Sequence record: MT446395.1
DNA from: Escherichia virus TH21
Length of the DNA: 52,087 bases
Reading direction: 5' to 3' (one strand)
Position 1 is the stretch's first letter. Every line of letters starts with the position of its first letter. Below the pieces are notes generated by a model, which saw only the letters and a program-made list of their open reading frames with translations, was not told the DNA's origin and made no database searches. This document shows positions 33,225 to 43,369 of the stretch, piece by piece. Made by a program: the position numbers and the translations under genes.

Positions 33225-34807
33225 TCCAGTGGGAAGATCTCGACCTTGCAAGAAAGCAGGCAATAAAGGCGCTCTCTGAGCAGTCATTCGAAAAGATGTT
33301 ACGAATCTGGTTCCAGATCGGGCAGGCTCAGAAGTTCCAAAGCAACTGGCACTTCACTTACCTTTGCTGGAAGGTTGAGCAGATCATCAAAGGCGAGGCG
33401 CAGAACGTGATATTCAACATCACGCCAGGCTCCGGCAAAACTGAGATCTTCTCCATCCACATGCCAGTGTACGGGATGTTAAAGAGTCCGAAGGTTCGAA
33501 ATTTGAACCTTTCGTTCTCTGACAGTCTGGTAAAGGATAACGGGATCAGGACGCGTGAGATTATCGGTTGCGATGAGTTCCAGGAGCTATGGCCTACCAA
33601 ACTGGCTAAGGCGTCCGGTGGCGATATTACCGCACTGAACGATAACGATAAGGCGTGGCTGACGTTAACATCACGTGCGATCGGCGGCCAGGTAACTGGT
33701 AAGCGTGGCGGGTACATGGAAGACCCCAGTAAACCCTGGAGATTTACCGGAATGTTAACGCTTGATGACCCCGACAAACCGAAAGACATGTATTCGTCCA
33801 TTAAGCGAAAGGCGGCTCATACACTGCTAAAAAACACCGTGCGATCACGTCGTATGACTGACAGAACGCCATGCGTTGTTGTGCAGCAGCGACTGCACGT
33901 TAACGACTCGACGTGGTTCCTGATGAATGGCGGTATGGGTGGCATGAAGTTTGAGCAGGTAATCATTCCGGCGCTGGTAACTGAGGAATACAGAGACACG
34001 CTTCCTGACTGGTTGAAAGAGGAATTTGATAAAGACGTGCTATCGTCCACGTCGGTAATGATTGACGGTGTTGAGCACTTCTCTTTCTGGCCTGCGAAGG
34101 AAAGCGCAGAAAGCCTACTGGCATTGCGCGAAGCTGACCTGTATACGTTTGAATCTCAGTATCAGCAGAAGCCCATCGCGCTTGGCGGCAACGCGTTTAA
34201 ATCGGACTGGTTCCAGTATTACGGAGACGGCGAAAAAGCCGACATGCCAAAACCGGATCGCTTCGAATACCTGTTCACCACTGCGGATACAGCGCAGAAA
34301 GCAGAGGAAATACACGACTACAGCGTCTTTGTTTTGTGGGGTAAGTATAAGGATCGCGTATATTTCATAGACGGCATTCGCGGTAAGTGGGAAGCGCCGG
34401 ACCTTGAAACGATGGCTCTCAACTTCTACGGCAACTGCTTTAAATGGGCGAAGGAGAACAAGACGTCACTACGCAAGGTTTATATTGAAGATAAGGCGAG
34501 CGGTACAGGACTGATTCAGTCAATCAACAAGAAGCTCCCGATTGACATCACGCCAGTACAGCGAGATACCGACAAGGTTACGCGCGCAATGGACGCAGCA
34601 CCAATCATGAAATCAGGGCGAATCGTGTTTCCTGAATCACACCCAATGCTTACTGAGATGGAGGCTGAACTGGTCGGCTTCACATTTGACGATAGCCATC
34701 CTCACGATGACATCGTGGATAACGTGGTTGATGCTGGTAACTTCGAGATGAACTTGCTTGATGATCCTGTAGCTCGAATGAAACGATTAGCGGGAATGCG
34801 CAAATAA
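33221..34807 (+). CDS. terminase large subunit
   Basis: 528 aa; Walker A (TPGSGKT); C-terminal nuclease-like acidic motifs. Confidence 0.8.
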   Translation: MIQWEDLDLARKQAIKALSEQSFEKMLRIWFQIGQAQKFQSNWHFTYLCWKVEQIIKGEAQNVIFNITPGSGKTEIFSIHMPVYGMLKSPKVRNLNLSFSDSLVKDNGIRTREIIGCDEFQELWPTKLAKASGGDITALNDNDKAWLTLTSRAIGGQVTGKRGGYMEDPSKPWRFTGMLTLDDPDKPKDMYSSIKRKAAHTLLKNTVRSRRMTDRTPCVVVQQRLHVNDSTWFLMNGGMGGMKFEQVIIPALVTEEYRDTLPDWLKEEFDKDVLSSTSVMIDGVEHFSFWPAKESAESLLALREADLYTFESQYQQKPIALGGNAFKSDWFQYYGDGEKADMPKPDRFEYLFTTADTAQKAEEIHDYSVFVLWGKYKDRVYFIDGIRGKWEAPDLETMALNFYGNCFKWAKENKTSLRKVYIEDKASGTGLIQSINKKLPIDITPVQRDTDKVTRAMDAAPIMKSGRIVFPESHPMLTEMEAELVGFTFDDSHPHDDIVDNVVDAGNFEMNLLDDPVARMKRLAGMRK

Positions 34808-34815
34808 TGTATAAT

Positions 34816-34842
34816 GGCTAGGCTAACAACCTAGCCTTTTTT
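34816..34842 (+). terminator. intrinsic terminator/attenuator after large terminase
   Basis: hairpin ggctagg..cctagcc plus T6. Confidence 0.55.
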
Positions 34843-34858
34843 ATTGGGAGAAAAACAG

Positions 34859-36121
34859 ATGAGTAAAAAAAGCGTTAAGACCGACTCTTACAACAAAACG
34901 TTTAAGGGTGAAGGTACGGCAGGCGGCGAGCTTGTATCGCTATATGATCAGATGTATGTGACTCAGTTTTACATTGATGATCCTATGGCTAAGAAAATTG
35001 TCGATGTGATTCCAGAAGAAATGGTTTTCCCTGGATTCGGCCTTGACGGCGTGAAGGATGAGAAGGCGTTCAAATCATTGTGGGATGGCATGAAGCTGAA
35101 TAAGCAGATCGTTGAGGCGTTCTCATGGGAGCGGCTTTATGGTGGCTCAGCCATCGTCGCCGTCGTACGCGATAACCGACTACTGACATCACCAATCAAG
35201 GAAGGTGCGCAGCTTGAATCAATCCGCGTCTACGAGAAAGAGCAGATCCGCATCAAGGACCGAGAGAAGAACGCGCGAAATCCTCGTTATGGTATGCCGA
35301 AGATTTACACCATTAACCCTGGCGGCAGCGTACCGGAATACGACGTTCACTACACGCGAATCTATGTTAACGGAGGCGAGCGTGTCCCTGGCTCACTTCG
35401 CGCGCAGAATAACGATTGGGGAGCATCTGTACTGAGCAAGGGCTTGATTGATGCCATTCTGGACTACAACTACTGTGAGGAACTGGCGACTCAGCTATTG
35501 CGCCGTAAGCAGCAAGGCGTATGGAAAGCTAAAGGTCTGGCGGATTTGTGCGACGATGACGAAGGTCGTTACGCGGCGCGACTGCGATTAGCGCAGGTTG
35601 ATGACAATGGCGGCGTAGGCCGGACGATCGGCATTGATGCAACCGACGAAGAATACGACGTTCTTAACTCTGACATTGACGGCGTTGATGCTTTCCTTGA
35701 TAAGAAGATGGACCGCATCGTGAACTACTCACAGATTCATGAGATTATCCTCAAGAATAAGAACGTAGGCGGCGTGTCAGCGAGCCAGAATACGGCGCTT
35801 GAGACTTTCTATAAGATGATTGATCGCAAGCGTAACGAGTATTACAGGCCTCTTCTGGAGTGGCTGGTTCCTATGATTATTCAGGAGGATGAATGGTCAA
35901 TCCGCTTTGAGCCGCTATCAATGCCAAGCGAGAAAGAACAATCCGAGACTTTGAAGAATAACGTTGAGTCGCTTTCGAAGCTGCTGGCTGAGCAGGTCAT
36001 TGACCGTGACGAAGCGCGTGATACACTTGAGGCAATCGCAGACTTTATCAAGATTCAAGGCCCAGCGCCGGAGATTGAAGAGATCGAGCCAACTAACCCG
36101 CAGGTGAACAACGAGGAATAA
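34859..36121 (+). CDS. portal protein
   Basis: 420 aa from ATG 34859; position after terminase. Confidence 0.7.
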   Translation: MSKKSVKTDSYNKTFKGEGTAGGELVSLYDQMYVTQFYIDDPMAKKIVDVIPEEMVFPGFGLDGVKDEKAFKSLWDGMKLNKQIVEAFSWERLYGGSAIVAVVRDNRLLTSPIKEGAQLESIRVYEKEQIRIKDREKNARNPRYGMPKIYTINPGGSVPEYDVHYTRIYVNGGERVPGSLRAQNNDWGASVLSKGLIDAILDYNYCEELATQLLRRKQQGVWKAKGLADLCDDDEGRYAARLRLAQVDDNGGVGRTIGIDATDEEYDVLNSDIDGVDAFLDKKMDRIVNYSQIHEIILKNKNVGGVSASQNTALETFYKMIDRKRNEYYRPLLEWLVPMIIQEDEWSIRFEPLSMPSEKEQSETLKNNVESLSKLLAEQVIDRDEARDTLEAIADFIKIQGPAPEIEEIEPTNPQVNNEE

Positions 36122-36123
36122 TC

Positions 36124-36888
36124 ATGAAGGTTAACGGCATTGTAAACCAATGGAGTTACCCCGAAGCAAGCGAGCGGCAGCTTAGCCGCTCATTGTCAAC
36201 ATTCGCAGGCGAGATGGCAAAGAAAGCCAGATCGCTTACTGGCGGAATGAGGTTTGACGCTTCGGACGAAGAAATCAATGATGCAGAAAGTGAGCTTGAG
36301 GAATACGCAGCAGGACTTATCGCGGCGATTGTTGCCACACTTCCGGCGCTGGCTCTGACTATCTACAAGTTTAACTCAAGGCAATTCCTCAACGTGGCGA
36401 AAAAGGCTGGTGGCGGAAAGAATCAATCTGTGATATTGCTTGGCGCACTTGGGGCGAATGCCAATGAGTCATGGTATCGCGAGAAGTCATCGCAATGGCG
36501 CGGTTCGGCTGAGGCGAGTATTCTAAAGCTATCGAACGACATCATCTCTGACTGGTCGCAAAACCTACGCGTCGAAAACGTGCGCAATAAAACCAGTCAG
36601 CAGATTGATGAAGTTTTAAAGCAGCGCTACAAGGTGTATACTGGCTGGACCGTGAATCGCTCCCGTGGAATTGTGTCCACCTGGAACAGCGTACTGATGC
36701 GCCAGCGCTTGGACGATGCTGGAGTAACTCACTATTTCTGGCATGGTAAACTGGACGAGCGCGAGCGATTGCAGCACGTAAAATGGGAAGGTAAACGTAT
36801 TGAGATCTCAAGTGACCATCCTTTCCCTGGAGAGCCTTACGGTTGCCGTTGTTGGGCAATTCCATCATTCGATAGCAATGGGAATTAA
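36124..36888 (+). CDS. head morphogenesis protein (Mu F / SPP1 gp7-like)
   Basis: 254 aa; position after portal. Confidence 0.55.
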   Translation: MKVNGIVNQWSYPEASERQLSRSLSTFAGEMAKKARSLTGGMRFDASDEEINDAESELEEYAAGLIAAIVATLPALALTIYKFNSRQFLNVAKKAGGGKNQSVILLGALGANANESWYREKSSQWRGSAEASILKLSNDIISDWSQNLRVENVRNKTSQQIDEVLKQRYKVYTGWTVNRSRGIVSTWNSVLMRQRLDDAGVTHYFWHGKLDERERLQHVKWEGKRIEISSDHPFPGEPYGCRCWAIPSFDSNGN

Positions 36889-36890
36889 CT

Positions 36891-37373
36891 ATGAATTTCA
36901 ATGATTATTTTTATCACACAGAGAAGGATCTCATCTGGAAAAATCCGACATCGAGAAGGGTTAAGGCTGGCGACGTTGCTGGTTGGATGGATGAAGATGG
37001 ATATATTTACGTTAGGATCATGGGGAGGCTAACTCCGGCACATAGGGTAATATGGGAGATGCATAACGGTGAAATACCCAAAGGAATTGAAATTAACCAT
37101 ATAAATCATATCAGAGATGATAACAGGATAGAGAACCTAAGACTCGTAACCAGGCAAGAGAATTGCAAAAGCGTATCCATAAGCAAGTCAAACAAGAGCG
37201 GAGTTGTCGGGGTTAGCTGGTGTAAGAGAACGGGGAAATGGTTTGCTTCAATAAGGGTGAACAAAAAGGAGAAATTCCTTGGTAGATACGATAGAAAAGA
37301 TGACGCAATATCTGCAAGAAAGGCTGCAGAGTCTGTATATGAATTTCATAAAAATCACGGGAGTAAAAAATGA
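36891..37373 (+). CDS. HNH homing endonuclease (HNH + AP2-like domain)
   Basis: 160 aa; INHINHIRDDNRIENLR; paralogous to 29227..29730. Confidence 0.65.
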   Translation: MNFNDYFYHTEKDLIWKNPTSRRVKAGDVAGWMDEDGYIYVRIMGRLTPAHRVIWEMHNGEIPKGIEINHINHIRDDNRIENLRLVTRQENCKSVSISKSNKSGVVGVSWCKRTGKWFASIRVNKKEKFLGRYDRKDDAISARKAAESVYEFHKNHGSKK

Positions 37374-38500
37374 CAACCAAGCAAAGATACGATAGCGTGC
37401 AACTGAAAGCGCGCTTTGACTCGAACGGATTCATGCATGATGAGCCAATCATTGCACGAATCGGCATTCAGGAATATATGCGTGCCGATGGAACAATGCA
37501 GCGTGAGTTCCGACCAGCCAACGAAGTGTTCAAGGCCGAGGCGATGGAACTGTTTCGCGGTATGCCGATCGTAGAGGGCCACCAGGAAGTAAGCACAAGC
37601 AACGCGCGAAAGATTGTTGTTGGCTCACTATCCGGTGCTGGTCGCCGTGACGGAATCGGCTTGAAGTGTCCGATCGTAATCCACGACAAGGAATCAATCG
37701 AATCAGCCAAGCGTGGCGACGCCGCAGAATTGTCGGTTGGTTACAAGACAAATGACATTCACCGCGAAGGGTGGGGAAACATCAATACTGGCGAGTATGT
37801 TTTCAAGGATGACGTGGAAGGGATGGAGGCGCAATTCCCTAAAGGAACTGCCATGACTGATGAATGGGAGGAGTTCGACGTTCTGCAAACGAACATCATC
37901 CCAAACCACGTTGCCAAGGTAAAGCACGGGCGCGCAGGTATTGCCAGATTAAACCTTGACGGCTCAGAAGAAATTAAATATGATGAGCATGTTCAATTAA
38001 ACAATGAGGAAAGTAACATGACCGTAAAAATCAAAATTGATTCCGCAGAAGTGGAAGTGACCAAAGACGTAGCTGATCACATCGGCAAACTACAAACCGC
38101 AGCAGAGCAAGCTGGTGCTAAAGCTGACGGCCTGCAAGCTGAGCGCGATGCGCTGAAAGAAAAGGTTGACGGCATTCCTGCTCAGATCGAAGCGGCTCTG
38201 GCGGAAGCAAAAGAAAAAGCTGACGCGCTGGGAGCTGTTCTCACTTTCGCTTCCGGCCTTGGTATCAAGTGCGACGGCCTGGATGAGAAGGCTATCAAAC
38301 TGGCAGTAATTGACGAAGTTCTCGGCATTGACGCGAAAGAAAAATCCGACGCATACATCAATCAGTCTTATGAAATCGCTCGCGATTCTGATAAGATGGC
38401 TGCTCAACGCATCAAAGTGCACGGCGATAAAGCTGACGGCGCTCAAGGCGACAAAGCTGATGACGCGATTCCTGATCCTCAGGCGCGCTTCCGTAAGTAA
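37370..38500 (+). CDS. scaffolding protein, possibly with prohead protease domain
   Basis: 376 aa; C-terminal Ala/Lys/Asp-rich coiled-coil-like region. Confidence 0.5.
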   Translation: MTTKQRYDSVQLKARFDSNGFMHDEPIIARIGIQEYMRADGTMQREFRPANEVFKAEAMELFRGMPIVEGHQEVSTSNARKIVVGSLSGAGRRDGIGLKCPIVIHDKESIESAKRGDAAELSVGYKTNDIHREGWGNINTGEYVFKDDVEGMEAQFPKGTAMTDEWEEFDVLQTNIIPNHVAKVKHGRAGIARLNLDGSEEIKYDEHVQLNNEESNMTVKIKIDSAEVEVTKDVADHIGKLQTAAEQAGAKADGLQAERDALKEKVDGIPAQIEAALAEAKEKADALGAVLTFASGLGIKCDGLDEKAIKLAVIDEVLGIDAKEKSDAYINQSYEIARDSDKMAAQRIKVHGDKADGAQGDKADDAIPDPQARFRK

Positions 38501-38553
38501 TAAAATGGCGGTCGAAAGGCCGCTTAATCTCTAAGTGAAAAAGGAAAAATATC

Positions 38554-39165
38554 ATGGCACTAATCAAAGCTTCTTACACCGTACATCGCGCTAAAGCGTA
38601 TGCTGGTCAAATCGCAGACACCTCCCTTTACAATGTTGACGGGGCTTGCGCGGCTGATGGTTCAATCCCTGTCGGGCGACTTCTCGCAGTGAGTGAAGTA
38701 CAAGCCGTTGACGGGCACAAAGTAGTCAAGGTTGCTACTGACAGTTCTCTACCATTGATTGGCGTTTCAGTTATGAGCCACGCATACTCTGCAAGTGGTG
38801 AATATGAAGACGGAATTGCTGTAAACGTTCTTACACATGGTCGCGTATGGGTTCCTGTCGTTAAGGCTGGTTTACTTGATGACGATTACTCTTACGGCAA
38901 GCAGGTATTGTTTAACTCAGATGGCGTAGTTGCTCGAGATGGCGGTATTGCAACTGGTTATAAATTTACTGGTCAGAAGTTATCATCTGATAATGCTACA
39001 TATGATCTCGTTCAGATTCAGTTGCTTCAATCTGCTGGTGCTCCCGTTGTTGGTCCTCAAGGTGCGAAAGGTGACACTGGTCCGCAAGGTCCGAAAGGCG
39101 ATAAAGGTGATACTGGTCCGCAAGGTCCAAAAGGTGACAAGGGCGACCCTGGCGCGGCGGCTTAA
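38554..39165 (+). CDS. head-associated structural protein with C-terminal collagen-like Gly-X-Y repeats (decoration/fibre candidate)
   Basis: 203 aa; GPQGAKGDTGPQGPKGDKGDTGPQGPKGDKGDPG. Confidence 0.45.
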   Translation: MALIKASYTVHRAKAYAGQIADTSLYNVDGACAADGSIPVGRLLAVSEVQAVDGHKVVKVATDSSLPLIGVSVMSHAYSASGEYEDGIAVNVLTHGRVWVPVVKAGLLDDDYSYGKQVLFNSDGVVARDGGIATGYKFTGQKLSSDNATYDLVQIQLLQSAGAPVVGPQGAKGDTGPQGPKGDKGDTGPQGPKGDKGDPGAAA

Positions 39166-39174
39166 TTAAAATAC

Positions 39175-39194
39175 GGGGCTTCGGCCCCTTTTTT
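39175..39194 (+). terminator. intrinsic terminator
   Basis: hairpin ggggc-ttcg-gcccc plus T6. Confidence 0.65.
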
Positions 39195-39288
39195 AATGCA
39201 TAAAAATCTGTTGCGCGCTTAACAGAAAGTGCTATTATAGAGCCGTGAACTTAATCACGGCTTTCTAACAAACAAAGGAAAACAAATT

Positions 39289-40242
39289 ATGACTATGAAA
39301 CTCGACGCTTTCGAACAGAACATGATCACTAATGGTATGCGCCAGCTTGGCGTAAGCGGCAACAAAGCCGACCAGCTTGGCATCTGGACTGTCAAACAGA
39401 TGACTCAGTTGCTTAAGCGCCAGTATGAAGCGGCTTACCCTGAAACCTCCGCGCTGGCTCTGTTCCCTGTCACTACTGAGATTAGCCCGACCGCTAACCT
39501 GTTCGAATATCTCAAGTTTGACGGCGTGACCATGGCGAATATTATCGCTGACTACACCGACGACCTGCCAACTGTTGACGCTACTCACAGCCTGGAATCT
39601 GGTCGAGTTCACCGCCTCGGTAACGCGTGGCTGATCTCTATCGACGAGATTAAAACTGGTGCGGCGCTTGGTTCAAGCTTGTCTGATCGTAAAGCGACTC
39701 TGGCACGCGAAGGTCACGAAACTCTTGTTAACCAGTTGGTTTTCAAAGGCTCCAAGCCTCACAAAATCATCTCTGTTTTCGACCATCCGAACATCACCCG
39801 CGTAACCTCCGCTACTGGCGCATGGGCTGACGCAGAGAAAGCAAGCGAAGAACTGACCGACCTGATCGAGAAGATGGAAACCCTGACCAATGGTCAGCAC
39901 AAGATCACCGACATCGTCATCCCGCCGTCCCAGCGTAAATTGCTCGCTAAGCGTATGCCGGAAACCACGATGAGTTATCTGGACTGGTTCAAGTCTCAGA
40001 ATGGTGGCATCACCATCTCTTCCATCTCCGAACTGGAAGACATCGACGGCGCAGGCACGAAAGCTGTACTGGCGTATGAGAAAGACCCGATGAACATGAG
40101 CATTGAGATTCCTGAGCCTTTCAACATGCTGCCGATGCAGGCGAAGGATTTGCACTTTAAAGTACCGTGCACTTCCAAGACAACTGGCCTGATCGTCTAC
40201 CGTCCTCTGACCATCATCATGCTGGTTGGCGTAGGTAAGTAA
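39289..40242 (+). CDS. major capsid protein
   Basis: 317 aa; position between scaffold/decoration and connector genes. Confidence 0.65.
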   Translation: MTMKLDAFEQNMITNGMRQLGVSGNKADQLGIWTVKQMTQLLKRQYEAAYPETSALALFPVTTEISPTANLFEYLKFDGVTMANIIADYTDDLPTVDATHSLESGRVHRLGNAWLISIDEIKTGAALGSSLSDRKATLAREGHETLVNQLVFKGSKPHKIISVFDHPNITRVTSATGAWADAEKASEELTDLIEKMETLTNGQHKITDIVIPPSQRKLLAKRMPETTMSYLDWFKSQNGGITISSISELEDIDGAGTKAVLAYEKDPMNMSIEIPEPFNMLPMQAKDLHFKVPCTSKTTGLIVYRPLTIIMLVGVGK

Positions 40243-40248
40243 GACAAA

Positions 40249-40277
40249 GCTCCTGATTAACGTCAGGGGCTTTTTTT
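40249..40277 (+). terminator. intrinsic terminator after capsid gene
   Basis: hairpin gctcctga..tcaggggc plus T7. Confidence 0.65.
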
Positions 40278-40354
40278 ATTGACATGCAACATCAAAACAA
40301 TTACATTGAACACCTAGGCAATACACTCGTTAAACTAATCAAAAGGAAATAAAC

Positions 40355-40627
40355 ATGGCTAAGAAAAACGTCATTAAGAACATCGGCGCTTGTCTGGTTC
40401 GTATCGAAAAGCAAGATATAAAACCTGATGACACTCTGGAAGTTACAGAGGAACAAATCAAATCCCAGGCGTTGAAATACCTGTTCTTGCGTAAAGACAT
40501 TGAATTTGAAGACGATCCGAAGCGCACGCGTGAATACATCGCCGAAATCAAAAAGGCCGCGAAGGTTAAGCCGGAAAAAGAAGTGAAAGACATCGAAGAT
40601 CTTGAAACTGGCAAGGAATACAAATAA
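40355..40627 (+). CDS. hypothetical Lys/Glu-rich protein
   Basis: 90 aa, flanked by terminators. Confidence 0.45.
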   Translation: MAKKNVIKNIGACLVRIEKQDIKPDDTLEVTEEQIKSQALKYLFLRKDIEFEDDPKRTREYIAEIKKAAKVKPEKEVKDIEDLETGKEYK

Positions 40628-40633
40628 CCTATA

Positions 40634-40659
40634 GGGGCGCTGATGCGTCCCTTTTTTTT
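40634..40659 (+). terminator. intrinsic terminator
   Basis: hairpin ggggcgc-tgat-gcgtccc plus T8. Confidence 0.6.
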
Positions 40660-40676
40660 AACAGGAGGAAGCTACT

Positions 40677-41090
40677 ATGAATGAAGATCAGATTAAGGCG
40701 TTCGAGTTTATGTGCCAGTTGGCACCAGCATTACGAAAGGTTGATAGCGTCACCTTCCTGGCTTGGGTGGTGCTGGCTGAATCGTTCGTGTGCAAGAATA
40801 AATTCGGTGCTGATTATTACAAAGCGCTGGCCCTGTACACCATGCACTTGATGTTTTTGGATGGTGCAATGAAGGGCGAGAACGAAAGCCTGGAGAACTA
40901 CTCACGGCGAGTAACGTCATTCTCCCTGAGCGGTGAATTTTCCACTGGCTACGGCTCTGTAACGCAGAATACTGACGGGCGTCAGATTACTCAAACACCA
41001 TGGGGTAAAATGTTCGACGTTCTCAACAAGAAGAAAGGCGGTGGCTTCGGCCTCATCTCTGGCATTCGGGCGCGGGGTTGTGTGCGATGA
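40677..41090 (+). CDS. head-tail connector/adaptor protein
   Basis: 137 aa; gene order. Confidence 0.45.
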   Translation: MNEDQIKAFEFMCQLAPALRKVDSVTFLAWVVLAESFVCKNKFGADYYKALALYTMHLMFLDGAMKGENESLENYSRRVTSFSLSGEFSTGYGSVTQNTDGRQITQTPWGKMFDVLNKKKGGGFGLISGIRARGCVR

Positions 41091-41467
41091 TTGATTATAA
41101 TGAAATCCAAAGGCTTACCAATCAGGGGATTAATGCTTTTTCTGGTAACGATGAGGTCGGATTCGACATTATCATCACTGGCGGCGGCGTCCAAATGGTT
41201 GACGGTGAAGAGGTGAAAGTACCGGAGGTTCGCGGAAAAGTTTTCGGCGCTGTACGAGCGATCAGCTATCACATGATTGATGGCGAATCTATCAAGCTGG
41301 GCGACAAACGTGCGTTCTTTTCTAACGTTACACCGATTGAGAATGGGATGATTATCATCCTTGAGGGCCAGCACTGGCGCGTCGTTGATAATCGACCAGT
41401 TAACCCGACTCAATCTCACGTTATCGCATACCGTCCGATCTTGCGTAAGGTGGCGGCGCATGGCTAA
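41087..41467 (+). CDS. head-tail joining protein
   Basis: 126 aa from ATG 41087 (ATGA overlap). Confidence 0.4.
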   Translation: MIDYNEIQRLTNQGINAFSGNDEVGFDIIITGGGVQMVDGEEVKVPEVRGKVFGAVRAISYHMIDGESIKLGDKRAFFSNVTPIENGMIIILEGQHWRVVDNRPVNPTQSHVIAYRPILRKVAAHG

Positions 41468-41903
41468 CTATATCGTCAGGAAGTTCCAGTGCGATATAGA
41501 GAAGTGGATTAAACAGGTAAAATCTGGCCTTGATGACGTTATTCGTGAGTTCGTCAAGGCTGTACACGCCGATTTAGTTAAAGGCTCACCAGTTGATACA
41601 GGTCGATTTAGAGCTAACTGGCAGATAACCTATAATCACATCCCAATGTACGCGCTGAATGAGTATGACAAATCCGGTAACGCCACCATCGCAGCAGGTA
41701 TACGAACAGCTAACGCATTGCCGTTAGGTCGTGGCGGGGCGGTAACTACCATCTATTTTTCTAACATGCTGATCTATGCAAATGCTCTGGAGTACGGACA
41801 TTCACAGCAAGCTCCCGCTGGCGTGCTTGGCCTGGTGGCTATCCGGTTGAGATCTTACATGGCAGAAGCAATTATTGAATCAAGGAATAAAAATGGTTTA
41901 TGA
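41461..41903 (+). CDS. HK97 gp10-like tail component
   Basis: 147 aa from ATG 41461; DTGRFRANW motif. Confidence 0.5.
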
Positions 41904-42294
41904 CGATTATGACCTGGCGGTCGCGGCGCGTAAGGCGCTTTATGGTGAGTTCGGGAATCGCTTTCCGATCATGAGTGAGAACGTGACATTCACTGAGCCT
42001 GACGATGGCTCTACGTGGTTGAAGTTCGATTACATTCCGGCAGAGAAGACGTATAAATCTTTGAGCAGGAAGTGTATCAGGATTCGTGGACTCGTACAGA
42101 TTGGCATTGTGTTCTCTCCTGATACTGGCATGGACGACGCGCGCAAACTGGCAAAAGAAATTGCTAATTTCTTCGAAGATGGTAAAATCCTTTCTGTAGG
42201 TTTTATTTTTGAAGGCGCGAGCCAAAAGCCCGTGCAGAAATCACAACGAGGCTGGTTAATTCCAATCCGCTTCACAGTACAATACGACGAATAA
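41893..42294 (+). CDS. tail terminator/neck protein candidate
   Basis: 133 aa from ATG 41893 (RBS AGGAA). Confidence 0.4.
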   Translation: MVYDDYDLAVAARKALYGEFGNRFPIMSENVTFTEPDDGSTWLKFDYIPAEKTYKSLSRKCIRIRGLVQIGIVFSPDTGMDDARKLAKEIANFFEDGKILSVGFIFEGASQKPVQKSQRGWLIPIRFTVQYDE

Positions 42295-42307
42295 AGGAGC
42301 ATTAATT

Positions 42308-42979
42308 ATGGCACTTCCTAACGGTTCCCAAATCTTTATTGAGCAGACCCGATCAGCGACCGAAATCGAAGCAACCGGAGTGAGCAACGCGGAGAATCCG
42401 GTGGCGACTGTTGCGTCAACCACTGGCATTGTGAAAGGCGATTACGTCCTGGTGCTGGAAAGCGTATGGGCTGCATTTAAAAATCGCGTAATGCGAGTGA
42501 AAGAAGTAACCCTGGACGCATCAATCACGCTTGAAGGCGACAAGAACACTTCCACGGCTGACCTTAACAAGTTCCCCGCTGGCGGCGCTTCCACCTTCGT
42601 TAAGATCGAAAGCTGGATTGAGATTCCATGCGTGAGCGACATTGCAAAATCTGGCGGCGAGCAGCAGTTCTATACCAAGCAGTGTCTTTCAGATGACCGA
42701 GAGAAGCAGATCCCGACCTTTAAATCTGCGACGTCCATCGCGTATACGTTCGACTTCGACTACTCCAACCCAATCACCCAGCTTCTGATTGGTTACGACG
42801 AAGACGGCAAGACGCGCGCCATGCGAATGTTCGTACCGAAGGCAAGCTATCCGATTCGCACCTTCTCTGGTACGCCATCTTTCGATGACATCCCTAACAC
42901 GGTGATGAACGAAGATGAAACGACCATCCTGACCATCTCACTTGATGGAAAATACACGCACATGAAAGAATCTGCGTAA
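42308..42979 (+). CDS. major tail protein
   Basis: 223 aa; position before chaperone and tape-measure genes. Confidence 0.6.
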   Translation: MALPNGSQIFIEQTRSATEIEATGVSNAENPVATVASTTGIVKGDYVLVLESVWAAFKNRVMRVKEVTLDASITLEGDKNTSTADLNKFPAGGASTFVKIESWIEIPCVSDIAKSGGEQQFYTKQCLSDDREKQIPTFKSATSIAYTFDFDYSNPITQLLIGYDEDGKTRAMRMFVPKASYPIRTFSGTPSFDDIPNTVMNEDETTILTISLDGKYTHMKESA

Positions 42980-42984
42980 TACAA

Positions 42985-43005
42985 GGGGGCTATTGCCCCC
43001 TTTTT
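42985..43005 (+). terminator. intrinsic terminator
   Basis: hairpin gggggc-tatt-gccccc plus T5. Confidence 0.6.
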
Positions 43006-43051
43006 CTATTTATGATTTAATATCACCAATTCAAACAAAGAGGAAAACAAC

Positions 43052-43369
43052 ATGAGCTTTAAAGTAACCCTATCTGAACGCCTGCCAGACTTCCAGCTTC
43101 CGGTTAAATTCGTATTGCCTAACGGAGTTGAAGCTACATTTGCATTCACTGTCAAGGCGCTGACGTCATCTGAGCTTAACGCCACGCTGAAAGAAGCCAG
43201 CAATCAGACTGGTGCTCAGTTTGTAAAATCCCTGGCTAGCGGGTGGGAGCTTGAGGATGAGTTCAACGATGAAAACATTAACAAGCTGGTTGATAGTTAC
43301 CCCGCCGTTGTTGGTGGCCTGATCTCAACCTACACTCAAGCGCTGGCTGGCTACCGAGTAAAAAACTAA
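43052..43369 (+). CDS. tail assembly chaperone (lambda G-like)
   Basis: 105 aa; precedes tape-measure gene; ends at slippery site. Confidence 0.6.
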   Translation: MSFKVTLSERLPDFQLPVKFVLPNGVEATFAFTVKALTSSELNATLKEASNQTGAQFVKSLASGWELEDEFNDENINKLVDSYPAVVGGLISTYTQALAGYRVKN

